DNA from: an uncultured Ignavibacteriaceae bacterium
Lineage (GTDB): Bacteria; Bacteroidota; Ignavibacteria; UBA10030
Reading direction: 5' to 3'
DNA length: 64,000 bases
NCBI GenBank assembly: GCA_964480945.1
Contig: CAYZRX010000001.1
Coordinates: forward strand, 48,584 to 112,583
The notes beneath the pieces were generated by a model, which was not told where the DNA came from, made no database searches, and was given only the letters and a program-made list of their open reading frames with translations. The position numbers and the translations under genes are program-made. Shown piece after piece: positions 27,789 to 36,888 of this stretch (position 1 is the first letter of the stretch; each line of letters opens with the position of its first letter).

Positions 27789-29387
27789 ATGGAATTTCTA
27801 GGAGTCGGAGTTCTCACCTGGATCACGTTTATCCCGATCGCCGGTATGGTTGCTATCCTGCTCATCCCGAAGCAGAACGAGAACGCGATGAAGTGGACTG
27901 CGGCGGTTGCGACGTTCCTGCAGATGGTGCTTGCCGTGCTGATCTATTTCAACTTCAACCGCAGCCTTCTGGGTATCAACACGGAGCAGGGGATGCAGTT
28001 TGTTGAAAAGGCGACGTGGATCGACATCAAGAGCGTCCCGTGGTTCGGCAGGATCCATGTTGACTACCTTCTCGGCGTTGACGGCTTGAGCGTGCCGATG
28101 GTCCTGCTGACAGCGCTGATCAGCTTCGTGGCCGTGTTCGCGTCGTGGAAGATCCCCAAGGCCCTGAAGGGCTACATGGCGATGCTCCTCCTGCTCGATA
28201 CCGGCATGATGGGGGTGTTTGTTTCCCTCGATTTCTTTCTGTTCTACGTCTTCTGGGAGCTGATGCTGCTGCCGATGTATTTCCTGATCGGCATCTGGGG
28301 CGGCCCGCGGCGCGAATATGCGGCGATCAAGTTCTTCCTCTACACGCTCCTGGGAAGTGTTCTGATCCTGCTGGCGATGATCGCCCTCTATTTCAGCGTC
28401 ACGGTGCCTGATCCTGCGACGGGGGAGCGGATCTACACGTTCAACATGCTCGCGATGATGAATCCTTCGAATTTTCAGGCGGGATCGCTCCTCGCCGGCG
28501 TCGCGACCTATGGGCGCCACCTGGCGTACATTGCCCTCTTCATCGGCTTTGCGATCAAGGTTCCGATTTTCCCGTTCCACACGTGGCTGCCGGACGCCCA
28601 CGTTGAAGCTCCGACGGCGATCAGCGTCATCCTTGCGGGCGTTCTTCTGAAGATGGGGACCTACGGCTTGCTGAGGGTCAGCTATCCGATCTTCCCGGAC
28701 CTCGCGACCTACTACGCCTGGCCCCTCGCAATCGTGGCTCTCATCAACATCGTCTACGGCGCGCTCTGCGCGATGGCGCAGCAGGATTTCAAAAAGCTGA
28801 TTGCCTATTCCAGCATCAGCCATATGGGCATCGTCCTCCTCGGGATGTCGGCCATGAATACGCAGGGGATGCTCGGCGCGGTGTTCCAGATGTTCAACCA
28901 CGGGACGATCACCGCCATGCTCTTCTTGATCGTCGGCGTCATCTACGATCGGGCGCACACGCGCGATCTGGATTCGTTCGGCGGGCTGGCGATCACGATG
29001 CCGAAATACACCGGGATCATGACCGTCGCCTTCTTTGCGGCGCTGGGATTGCCCGGGCTGAGCGGATTTGTCTCGGAGGCATTTTCATTCCTCGGTGCAT
29101 TCCAGACCTTCCGGGTCATCACGATCATCTCGACGCTGGGCATCGTCCTGACGGCGGGCTATATGCTCTGGACCCTGCAACGCGTGTTCCTGGGCCAGCC
29201 CAATGAACGATGGGCATCGCTGCCGGATATCAACGGCCGGGAGCTGTTCACGCTCGTGCCCCTCGCCGTGATCGTCATTGCGCTCGGCATCTATCCCTCG
29301 ATCATGCTCGACCTCATGACGTCGTCGCTCAACCACCTTGTCGAGTTCGTCAAGCAAGGGGGCGCGGCGGTGGCGATGCTGCCTTAG
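27789..29387 (+). CDS. nuoM: NADH-quinone oxidoreductase subunit M
   Basis: FYVFWELMLLPMY, KVPIFPFHTWLPDAHVEAPT, LLKMGTYG. Confidence 0.96.
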   Translation: MEFLGVGVLTWITFIPIAGMVAILLIPKQNENAMKWTAAVATFLQMVLAVLIYFNFNRSLLGINTEQGMQFVEKATWIDIKSVPWFGRIHVDYLLGVDGLSVPMVLLTALISFVAVFASWKIPKALKGYMAMLLLLDTGMMGVFVSLDFFLFYVFWELMLLPMYFLIGIWGGPRREYAAIKFFLYTLLGSVLILLAMIALYFSVTVPDPATGERIYTFNMLAMMNPSNFQAGSLLAGVATYGRHLAYIALFIGFAIKVPIFPFHTWLPDAHVEAPTAISVILAGVLLKMGTYGLLRVSYPIFPDLATYYAWPLAIVALINIVYGALCAMAQQDFKKLIAYSSISHMGIVLLGMSAMNTQGMLGAVFQMFNHGTITAMLFLIVGVIYDRAHTRDLDSFGGLAITMPKYTGIMTVAFFAALGLPGLSGFVSEAFSFLGAFQTFRVITIISTLGIVLTAGYMLWTLQRVFLGQPNERWASLPDINGRELFTLVPLAVIVIALGIYPSIMLDLMTSSLNHLVEFVKQGGAAVAMLP

Positions 29388-29444
29388 GCGCGAACCGGTG
29401 TTCAAGCGCATGCATGTGAGCATTCATAGTATTCTCTGTTGAAT

Positions 29445-30944
29445 ATGGCCGAACAAGCTCTTCACAGTCTCTCACAATTCCTACCCGAAACGGCGCTGGT
29501 CGTTACGTTCTGCATCGCGATCCTCTGCGGGCTGATCTTTCGCAGAACGCCGCGGCTTGTGCTGTCGATCTCTTTGCTGGGGATTCTGGTTGCGCTTGGA
29601 TTTGCCATTCGGGAAATGGGTTTGTCCCAGTCGGTATTCTCCGGCATGATTGTTGTCGATCCTTTCGCGGTCTTCTTCAAGCTGCTGGTGGGCGCATCCG
29701 CGGTCGTCATCATCCTTTTCTCGATCTATTCCTCTGAGGTGCAGGCAACGATCAAGAGAATGGCAGAATACTCATCGTTGCTCGTCGCTATGACCCTTGG
29801 GATGTTTCTGATGGCGGGTTCCGTGAACCTCTTGATGATGGTGCTCTCGGTCGAGCTGACCAGCCTGAGCTCGTACATACTCGCTGGATACACGAAGGAA
29901 GCGCCGGACTCCAGCGAGGCCTCGTTAAAGTACATCATCTACGGAGCACTTTCGACAGGATTGATGCTGTACGGGATCTCCATCATCTTCGGCCTGACCG
30001 GGGGTGCGATGGATTTCTACGGCATAAACAAAGCCCTTTCCACGGGGTCGGTGAGTCCTATCGCCTTGCTCGTGGCGAGCCTCCTCATCATAGCCGGGCT
30101 TGGGTACAAGATTTCGGCCGTGCCGTTCCACTTCTGGACCCCCGATGTGTACGAAGGGGCGCCGATCACCATCACGGCGTTTCTCTCGGTCGCTTCGAAG
30201 GCCGCCGGATTCGCGCTGTTGATCCGGTTCTTCAAGGTTTCCTTCATTGATTCCAGCGCGATCGGCCTGCCGGTGGGCTTCTGGGCTACGCTGCAGGGTT
30301 TCGAATGGAACAAGATCATTGCGATCATCTCCGTCCTGACGATGACGCTCGGCAACCTTGTTGCCGTGTGGCAGAACAACCTGAAGCGCCTGCTGGCGTA
30401 CTCCAGCATCGCGCACGCAGGTTATATGTTGATGGGTGTTGTGGTCCTGAGCGACAAGGGAGTGGCGGCAGTGCTCATTTACTTCATCGTCTATTTCTTC
30501 ATGAATCTTGGTGCGTTTTACGTCGTCATGCTGGTCGCAAACAAGACCGGGAGTGAAGATATCGATTCGTACAAAGGGCTTGGCTACCGATCCCCGCTGA
30601 TCAGCGTTTCGCTGGCGATCTTTTTCATATCTCTGGCGGGGATACCGCCGACGGCGGGATTCATCGGGAAACTCTTTCTCTTTGCCGCTCTGCTCGATGC
30701 GAGATGGATCTGGCTGGCAGTGATCGGCGTCATCAACAGCGTTATTTCACTTTATTATTATGTGCGGGTCGTACGCAACATGTTTCTTCGTGATCCCGAG
30801 GGAGCCTCGGGGCCCATAGCGTTCTCGGCACCACAACTCGCCATCCTGATGATCCTGCTTGTTCCAACGCTGCTGTTCGGTTTGTTTTATTCGCCAATTG
30901 TTGAACTTGCAAATGCCTCTGTGACGATGTTCGGACTGCGCTGA
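29445..30944 (+). CDS. nuoN: NADH-quinone oxidoreductase subunit N
   Basis: EASLKY, KISAVPFHFWTPDVYEGAP, KRLLAYSSIAHAGY; ATG 29445 (TTG 29439 possible). Confidence 0.96.
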   Translation: MAEQALHSLSQFLPETALVVTFCIAILCGLIFRRTPRLVLSISLLGILVALGFAIREMGLSQSVFSGMIVVDPFAVFFKLLVGASAVVIILFSIYSSEVQATIKRMAEYSSLLVAMTLGMFLMAGSVNLLMMVLSVELTSLSSYILAGYTKEAPDSSEASLKYIIYGALSTGLMLYGISIIFGLTGGAMDFYGINKALSTGSVSPIALLVASLLIIAGLGYKISAVPFHFWTPDVYEGAPITITAFLSVASKAAGFALLIRFFKVSFIDSSAIGLPVGFWATLQGFEWNKIIAIISVLTMTLGNLVAVWQNNLKRLLAYSSIAHAGYMLMGVVVLSDKGVAAVLIYFIVYFFMNLGAFYVVMLVANKTGSEDIDSYKGLGYRSPLISVSLAIFFISLAGIPPTAGFIGKLFLFAALLDARWIWLAVIGVINSVISLYYYVRVVRNMFLRDPEGASGPIAFSAPQLAILMILLVPTLLFGLFYSPIVELANASVTMFGLR

Positions 30945-30976
30945 CCGCTCTCACGCGTTGATGTGCAAACTTGGTT

Positions 30977-31022
30977 GCAGCCTCCCCTGGCGAGCGAGCG
31001 TAGGGGAGGCTGTTGCGTTTTC
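30977..31022 (+). terminator. Probable terminator of the nuo operon
   Basis: GCAGCCTCCCCT...AGGGGAGGCTGT followed by TGCGTTTT. Confidence 0.6.
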
Positions 31023-31089
31023 ATGGAATGTTTTCTTACTTCCGCAGAGTGAAGGTCCTACTGAGCAGTCTGATGGATGGAGTGAAGTT

Positions 31090-31857
31090 ATGGTAGACCA
31101 GGCACCGATCAGAGTTCTCCTCGTCGATGATGAAGAATCGTTCCTCAGAGTGGTTTCGCTCGGGCTCAGGGACGAGTTCGGCTACGACGTAACCACTGCC
31201 TCGAATGGGAAGGAGGCGATCAACCTCCTTCGATCGAGCAGACAGGGATTTGACGTGATGGTTCTCGACTACATGATGCCCGAGGTGAACGGACTCGATG
31301 TGCTCCGATGGATGCACGAGGACAAGAACGAAACGCCTACGTTCATGCTGACGGCCGCCGGCTCTGAGACGGTAGCCGTTGAGGCTATGAAGCTGGGGGC
31401 TTACGACTACTGCCGGAAAGAGCAGATCGACATCCAGCATCTTTCGAACCTCATCAGGGCGACGCACGAGCGACATATGCTGCGCGTTGCCAGGGAGATC
31501 GAGGAACAGAGGTCGAGCGAGATCATACTGAACGACGAGGCGACGGACAAGGTGCGCGATGTGATCAATGCGATCACGCCGACGTTGAACTCGGCGCTGG
31601 CGACGATCGCGGCGGATTTTGAAACGAAGGGGGAGAGGGTTCTCGCAAAGTTGTCTCCGGAGGAGCGACCGGAGCTGCGAGAGATGATCCAGGATGTCCG
31701 CAGCCAAGTGGCCAAGCTGGAGGCCGGCCTACGCGGCCTTCTGGCGATCTATCAGCTCGTCTACGTTCGCTACTCCGAGGCGAAAGAGCTGGAGCACATC
31801 AAGAGGGAGTTTGAGGAAAAGACAAAGCAGCCGGCCGGGCCCCCGTCCCAGAACTAG
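31090..31857 (+). CDS. Response regulator (REC plus helical, His-less DHp-like C-terminus)
   Basis: VLLVDDEE, LDYMMPEVNG, EAMKLGAYDY; start moved to ATG 31090. Confidence 0.85.
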   Translation: MVDQAPIRVLLVDDEESFLRVVSLGLRDEFGYDVTTASNGKEAINLLRSSRQGFDVMVLDYMMPEVNGLDVLRWMHEDKNETPTFMLTAAGSETVAVEAMKLGAYDYCRKEQIDIQHLSNLIRATHERHMLRVAREIEEQRSSEIILNDEATDKVRDVINAITPTLNSALATIAADFETKGERVLAKLSPEERPELREMIQDVRSQVAKLEAGLRGLLAIYQLVYVRYSEAKELEHIKREFEEKTKQPAGPPSQN

Positions 31858-32660
31858 TGCACACCCTGCGCGCCCTGGGATGTTCCGCGGAGCCGCTCGT
31901 AGATCAATCGAACGCCATCCAACACGAGCGACGGCACGCATTCAGCAATAAGGTTTGACTTCTCGGCGATCAGCCGGGCGAAACCGCCCGTCGCGATGAC
32001 CTTCGCCTTCTTCCCTTCCTGTTTCACGAGCTCATCCTGAATTCGTCTCACCATCCCCTCCATCGCGTCGACGGCTCCGAACAGGATGCCGGCCTGCATG
32101 CTTGATGCCGTATCCCGGCCTACGATGGTTCGAGGGAAGCGAAGCTCGACTTTCGGCAGCTTTGCTGCGCGGCGATGGAGGTCGACAGCGGATGTCTCGA
32201 TGCCCGGAGCGATGACGCCGCCGAGATAGTCGCCGTTGCCTCCTACCACGTCGTACGTCGTCGCCGTGCCAAAATCGATGATGATCAACGGACCGCCAAA
32301 TTTCGTGAACCCCGCCACAGCGTCGCACAGACGGTCAGCTCCAACGGAATTTGGGTCGTCGTACTGGATCCTGATGCCGAGGTCTAACGCCGAGGAGATG
32401 AGGAGGGGCTCGACACCGAAGTATTTCTGAGCCATCATCGAAAAGATGTCGGTCAGGTTGGGGACGACCGACGAGATTCCGACGCCGCGAATGACGCCGG
32501 GGGAAACCCCCGCATCGTTCAGAAAGAGCTTCACTTGCGTGCCGACTTCGTCCTCGGTCCGTTGGAGCATGCTTGTGACACGCCAGTCCGCCAGCAGTTT
32601 CGGTCCCTCATAGATGCCGAAGACGGTATGGGTGTTGCCGATGTCGATGGCGAGAAGCAT
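31854..32660 (-). CDS. coaX: Type III pantothenate kinase
   Basis: IDIGNT, SSVVP, VGADR, IDFGTATT, GGVIAPG, ATGG. Confidence 0.95.
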   Translation of the reverse strand: MLLAIDIGNTHTVFGIYEGPKLLADWRVTSMLQRTEDEVGTQVKLFLNDAGVSPGVIRGVGISSVVPNLTDIFSMMAQKYFGVEPLLISSALDLGIRIQYDDPNSVGADRLCDAVAGFTKFGGPLIIIDFGTATTYDVVGGNGDYLGGVIAPGIETSAVDLHRRAAKLPKVELRFPRTIVGRDTASSMQAGILFGAVDAMEGMVRRIQDELVKQEGKKAKVIATGGFARLIAEKSNLIAECVPSLVLDGVRLIYERLRGTSQGAQGVH

Positions 32661-32692
32661 GGAGGTGATCGGTTGTGGTCAATGCATGCGGG

Positions 32693-33469
32693 CTACGCGA
32701 CGACGCTGACGTCGCCGGCATAAACGGTTTTCGTGCCTTCCGGGGTTTCCAATACCAACCCGCCGTCGTCGTTCAGTCGGAGAGCGATCCCGGAGATCGT
32801 TCGGTCATGTTGTTCAACGGTCACCTGACGGCCGAACATTGTGCACCGCGCGGCCCATTCTTTGGTCACCAGATTGAAGTCGCCTTTCCGTACGTCCTGG
32901 TACAAAAGGTCCATTTCCTGCAGGATCGTCTGGAAGAGATGCTTGCGGTCGCACGCAGTCTTGCGCTCGAGCGCGAGGGAGGTAGCTCGATCCGCGAGCT
33001 CGGTCGGGAACTCGTGTTGGTTCACGTTGAGTCCTGCGCCGATGACCGAAAAGGCGAGGGCTTCATGCTGAAACGAGTTTTCCAGCAAGATTCCGGAGAT
33101 CTTCTTCCCGTTCAGAAGCAGGTCGTTCGGCCATTTGCATTCGATGGGCCGCCCGATTTCCTTCTCGACCCCGCGTGCGATGGCGACAGAGGCGAACAGT
33201 GTCAGCAGGCCGGCTAATTCCGGCGAGAGCGTGGGTCGAAGAAGCAGGGAGAACAGCAGATTCTCTCCAGGGTTGGCGATCCAGGCGCGGCCGTGCCGGC
33301 CCCGCCCGCTCGTCTGAAAGTCGGACGTCACGACGGAACCTTCCTCGGTACCGGCCTCACCCAAGAGCTTTGCACAAGCGTTCGTCGAGTCAATGGTCTC
33401 GAAGACGAAGACCCTTTTGCCGATGACGTGTGTGCTTAAGCCTTGTTGGAGCTCTTCCTTTGAATACAT
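32693..33469 (-). CDS. birA: Biotin--[acetyl-CoA-carboxylase] ligase (no HTH)
   Basis: DSTN, QTSGRGRHGRAW, KWPNDLL, KISGIL, AGDV. Confidence 0.94.
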   Translation of the reverse strand: MYSKEELQQGLSTHVIGKRVFVFETIDSTNACAKLLGEAGTEEGSVVTSDFQTSGRGRHGRAWIANPGENLLFSLLLRPTLSPELAGLLTLFASVAIARGVEKEIGRPIECKWPNDLLLNGKKISGILLENSFQHEALAFSVIGAGLNVNQHEFPTELADRATSLALERKTACDRKHLFQTILQEMDLLYQDVRKGDFNLVTKEWAARCTMFGRQVTVEQHDRTISGIALRLNDDGGLVLETPEGTKTVYAGDVSVVA

Positions 33470-33474
33470 AGCTG

Positions 33475-35052
33475 TTACTTGCTGTATTCTGCAGACTCCA
33501 CGTTTTTCGAAAGCTTGGTCTTGAAATTCGCCACGTTCCAGCCTGTATAGTAGATCAGCCGGACGATCTTCGTCATCCGGTCGAAGAGGATCTTGTCGAC
33601 AGTGTCCGTCGGGCGATGATAATCTTTGTGAACCCCGGTGAAAAAGAACACAATTGGAACGCCGTTCCGCGCAAAATTGTAATGATCACTTCGCCGGTAG
33701 AACTGCTGCGGGTCCTTGTCGCTATTGTACTTGTAGTCGAGAATCAAGTTCTCCGTTGCCTTGTTCGAGAGCCTCAAAAGGCTGTCGAGCTGGGTGCTGA
33801 TCTTGTCCGATCCGATGACGTATACGTAGTTGGGGTTCTTCAGTCGTTCGTACGTCGTATCGACACGCCCGATCATGTCCGTGTTGAGATCGGCAACCGT
33901 TCTGTCCAGTGGAATCAAGGGGTGGGTGACGTAGTATTGAGATCCCCAGAGCCCTTTCTCTTCGCCGGTGACCGTTATGAACAGCAGACTGCGTTTCGGC
34001 TTGATCGGGTTGGTGACAAACGCCTCAGCGAGCTCCAGCACCGTCACCGTACCGGATCCATCATCGTCCGCGCCGGGATAGACAGTCCCATCAGTGCCGA
34101 CCCCGAGATGGTCGTAGTGGGCAGAGAAGACGACGACCTGGTTTTTCAGCTTCGGGTCACTTCCCTCCAACAAGCCCATGACGTTTTCGGTTTCCTTCAT
34201 CTCCTTTGAAACCTGAGACGCGATCTTGACAGACGACTGGCTCAAGAGCAGGGGCTGAAAGCCTGCCTCCGCCGCGGCGAGTTTCCGCATCTCGCTGCTG
34301 CTTCGACCGGTCTCAGCAAGTATCTCGTCCGCGATGCGAGGGCTGATCAGAACCGGAGTTTGGAACATGAAGCCGCCGCGCGCTTCGATGCCGAGCGGCC
34401 GCATCACCCCCTTGTCGAGCATGCTGGCGAAGCGAGATGTCAACGTCTCGATCGACGCTGATCCCGTGTCGTCGAGAATCACCAGGGTGGCTACGCTGCC
34501 GGGGAACTGCCGGAAGAGTTGCAGCCGCCTCATGGCGGGAACGCTCGGGTCGTGTGCGTCGTCCTTCCTCCCCGCGAGCGCCATCACGATTCTGCCCTTG
34601 ATAAGCATCGAGTCGGGATTCGCGTCCATATACCCGATGAAGACAACCGGGCCGCTCAGCACGGTGTCCTGCGTTGAGAGGCTGATGTAGTCCTTCCGGA
34701 AGAGGAACGATTTCGAGCCCTGCTTGTTTGTGACGGTAACGTTCGACTGATCGCTCGGCCTGGTGACGAGCACGGGAAAATGCTGGAAGTACGAACCGTC
34801 GTCGCCGATCGGTTTCAGGCCCAGCCTTTGGAACTCCGATGCGATATATCTGGCTGCAACCTTCTGGCCGCGGAAGGTTGCCTCCCGGCCTTCCAGCTCC
34901 GGTGAGGCAATGAAATGGAGGCGGGCGCTGAGATCGTTCGCCGTGATCGACTCATAGCCAACCCGGGCTTCCTTGGGAATGTGTGGGCTCTGGCCAGCGG
35001 CGATGGCGAGAGGCAGCAAAAGGAAGGGGAGACAAAACGGGCGTAACCTCAT
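33475..35052 (-). CDS. M28 family peptidase, exported
   Basis: SAHYDHLG, GADDDGSG, TGEEKGLWGS, RSDHYNF, DYHRPTD; start moved to MRLRPF. Confidence 0.92.
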   Translation of the reverse strand: MRLRPFCLPFLLLPLAIAAGQSPHIPKEARVGYESITANDLSARLHFIASPELEGREATFRGQKVAARYIASEFQRLGLKPIGDDGSYFQHFPVLVTRPSDQSNVTVTNKQGSKSFLFRKDYISLSTQDTVLSGPVVFIGYMDANPDSMLIKGRIVMALAGRKDDAHDPSVPAMRRLQLFRQFPGSVATLVILDDTGSASIETLTSRFASMLDKGVMRPLGIEARGGFMFQTPVLISPRIADEILAETGRSSSEMRKLAAAEAGFQPLLLSQSSVKIASQVSKEMKETENVMGLLEGSDPKLKNQVVVFSAHYDHLGVGTDGTVYPGADDDGSGTVTVLELAEAFVTNPIKPKRSLLFITVTGEEKGLWGSQYYVTHPLIPLDRTVADLNTDMIGRVDTTYERLKNPNYVYVIGSDKISTQLDSLLRLSNKATENLILDYKYNSDKDPQQFYRRSDHYNFARNGVPIVFFFTGVHKDYHRPTDTVDKILFDRMTKIVRLIYYTGWNVANFKTKLSKNVESAEYSK

Positions 35053-35165
35053 TCTTGTTCTCCTGATCGTGATGTGTCGTTCAGAGGGCCTTTCCTGTTC
35101 GGCAAAGACATTCAACCATAACCAAAATCGCCTAGAGAATCAAGAATATCTCCGAGCGCTTCCTC

Positions 35166-35247
35166 CTGAAAGATTTTCAGACAGTCTGACAATTGATGCC
35201 ATTTTTCCTGACAACTGGTTCGATTCCAAGCTGACATTTTGTCTCAG
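35166..35247. promoter_or_regulatory. Cluster of CTGA(C/A)A-type palindromic sites, candidate activator binding sites
   Basis: CTGAAAGATTTTCAG (35166), CTGACAATTGATGCC (35186), CTGACAACTGGTT (35208), CTGACATTTTGTCT (35231). Confidence 0.5.
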
Positions 35248-35319
35248 CACGTTGACCGCTCAGCAGAGGTGTTCTCCAAAATCCTTTGAATTCAGGCCAT
35301 TCTGGCTTTTGCTCAAAAC

Positions 35320-35334
35320 TGGCACAACGATTGA
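35320..35334 (+). promoter_or_regulatory. Sigma54-like -24/-12 promoter of the hsp20-dnaK-clpB cluster
   Basis: TGGCACAACGATTGA versus consensus TGGCACG-N4-TTGC (mismatch at -12). Confidence 0.5.
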
Positions 35335-35396
35335 GTGTTAGGAAGTGCAGAGTGTTTCAGAAAACAGAATACAAAATCAGATAAGGAGGTTCACCA

Positions 35397-35801
35397 ATGC
35401 TCGTCCGTTTTGGTTTTCCAAGAATGCTTGATGACCTGCTCGAGGATGTTTCCTCGAGCGATTTCGCACCGGTGACCAGGAGATTTCCGGCGATCGATGT
35501 GGCGGAATATGAGAACGAATTTGTGGCGATCGCCGAGATGCCCGGCATCAAGAAGGAGGATCTGAAGATCACATTCGAGAACGATGTGCTGACGCTCAAG
35601 GGTGAGCGAACGCCGTACGAGATTCCTCAAGACGCGAAAGTGCTGCTGAACGAGATGCGGGTCCGCGAGTTCGAGCGGTCGCTTCAGCTGCCGTCCGATA
35701 TCGATGCGAAGAATATCTCCGCCGAGTTGAAGGACGGAGTGTTGCGCGTCGTGCTGCCGAAAGCCGAGAACGCAAGGGCTCGTCAGATCGAGATTCGCTG
35801 A
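35397..35801 (+). CDS. Hsp20/alpha-crystallin family protein 1
   Basis: PAIDVAE, EMPGIKKED, FERSLQLP, DGVLRVVLPK; RBS AAGGAGG. Confidence 0.93.
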   Translation: MLVRFGFPRMLDDLLEDVSSSDFAPVTRRFPAIDVAEYENEFVAIAEMPGIKKEDLKITFENDVLTLKGERTPYEIPQDAKVLLNEMRVREFERSLQLPSDIDAKNISAELKDGVLRVVLPKAENARARQIEIR

Positions 35802-35818
35802 GACGCGGGAGGCGGGCA

Positions 35819-36220
35819 ATGGGAACGAATGGACAGAATGTACTCGAGCGGAGAAGGGCCGAAGCTCTTGTGAAGCGGCCAGAGTTGCCTGAGACGTTCG
35901 TGGCTCCTGCCGGAGATATCTACGAGACTTCGGATGCGTTTGTCGTGAAACTCGATATGCCCGGAGCGACGACGGAGGCCATCAGCCTGAATGTCGAGCC
36001 TGGGCACTTCTTCGTCAGGGCGCGCCTTGGTTCGTATCACGGAGATCGGGCAGCTATCTTGATGAGCGAGATTGGGCGGAAGAGTTACTTTCGTGAGTTC
36101 AATCTCGGTCGGGGTGTTAACCACAATGCTGTTCAAGCGCAGTTTGCGGATGGTGTTTTGACGATCATTTTACCGAAAACTGAAGAGTCAAAGGTAAGAG
36201 AAATACAAATCAAATCATGA
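35819..36220 (+). CDS. Hsp20 family protein 2
   Basis: DIYET, LDMPG, YFREF, DGVLTIILPK. Confidence 0.9.
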   Translation: MGTNGQNVLERRRAEALVKRPELPETFVAPAGDIYETSDAFVVKLDMPGATTEAISLNVEPGHFFVRARLGSYHGDRAAILMSEIGRKSYFREFNLGRGVNHNAVQAQFADGVLTIILPKTEESKVREIQIKS

Positions 36221-36240
36221 GAGGAAAGGAGGATAAGACT

Positions 36241-36711
36241 ATGGCAATCATTCGTTGGAATCCTGCTCGTGAGCTTGATCGCTGGTCCTCCGATTTCTTC
36301 GGAGTTCAGCGGGAGATCAATCGATTGTTCGATGAGTTCTTGCGCGGTGGCACACAGGCGGACGGCGATCTTGCGGTCTCCTATTGGACGCCGGCGGTCG
36401 ATATCGCGGAGCACGATGATGAATATTTGGTGAAGGTGGAGCTCCCCGGCGTTAAGAAGGAAAACGTCAAGATTACGCTCGAGTCCAACATCCTGACGAT
36501 TCGCGGCGAGAAGAAGCAGGAGAAGGAAGAGAAGGAAAAGAACTTCCATCGTGTCGAGCGCGCCTACGGATCATTCCAGCGCTCCTTCACGCTCCCAACC
36601 ACGGTGAAGAGCGAGAAGATCGATGCCCTCTACAATGATGGCATCCTGACGATCCATCTTCCGAAGGAGGAACAGGCGAAGCCGAAACAGATCGAAGTGA
36701 AGGTCAAGTAG
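36241..36711 (+). CDS. Hsp20 family protein 3
   Basis: WTPAVDI, ELPGVKKE, ERAYGSFQRSFTLP, DGILTIHLPK; ATG 36241 after GGAGG. Confidence 0.95.
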   Translation: MAIIRWNPARELDRWSSDFFGVQREINRLFDEFLRGGTQADGDLAVSYWTPAVDIAEHDDEYLVKVELPGVKKENVKITLESNILTIRGEKKQEKEEKEKNFHRVERAYGSFQRSFTLPTTVKSEKIDALYNDGILTIHLPKEEQAKPKQIEVKVK

Positions 36712-36888
36712 CGCCTCGGAGCGATCGTTCCGGTTTGATCGGGGCTCAAGAGATCCGGTCGGGTTCGCAGGTGGGGCGGACCCGGCTTTGCTGTTTTAAA
36801 ATGAATGAGGTATTCGATTCGTACAGAGAGTTGACAACATAAAGCAGCGGCTGCACGAGCCGTCTTAACAACAAAGGAGTGATGAAGC

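Noticed and set aside
35300-36888. CIRCE (HrcA) operator before hsp20 or dnaK
   Set aside because: No TTAGCACTC-N9-GAGTGCTAA; only partial GAGTG half-matches
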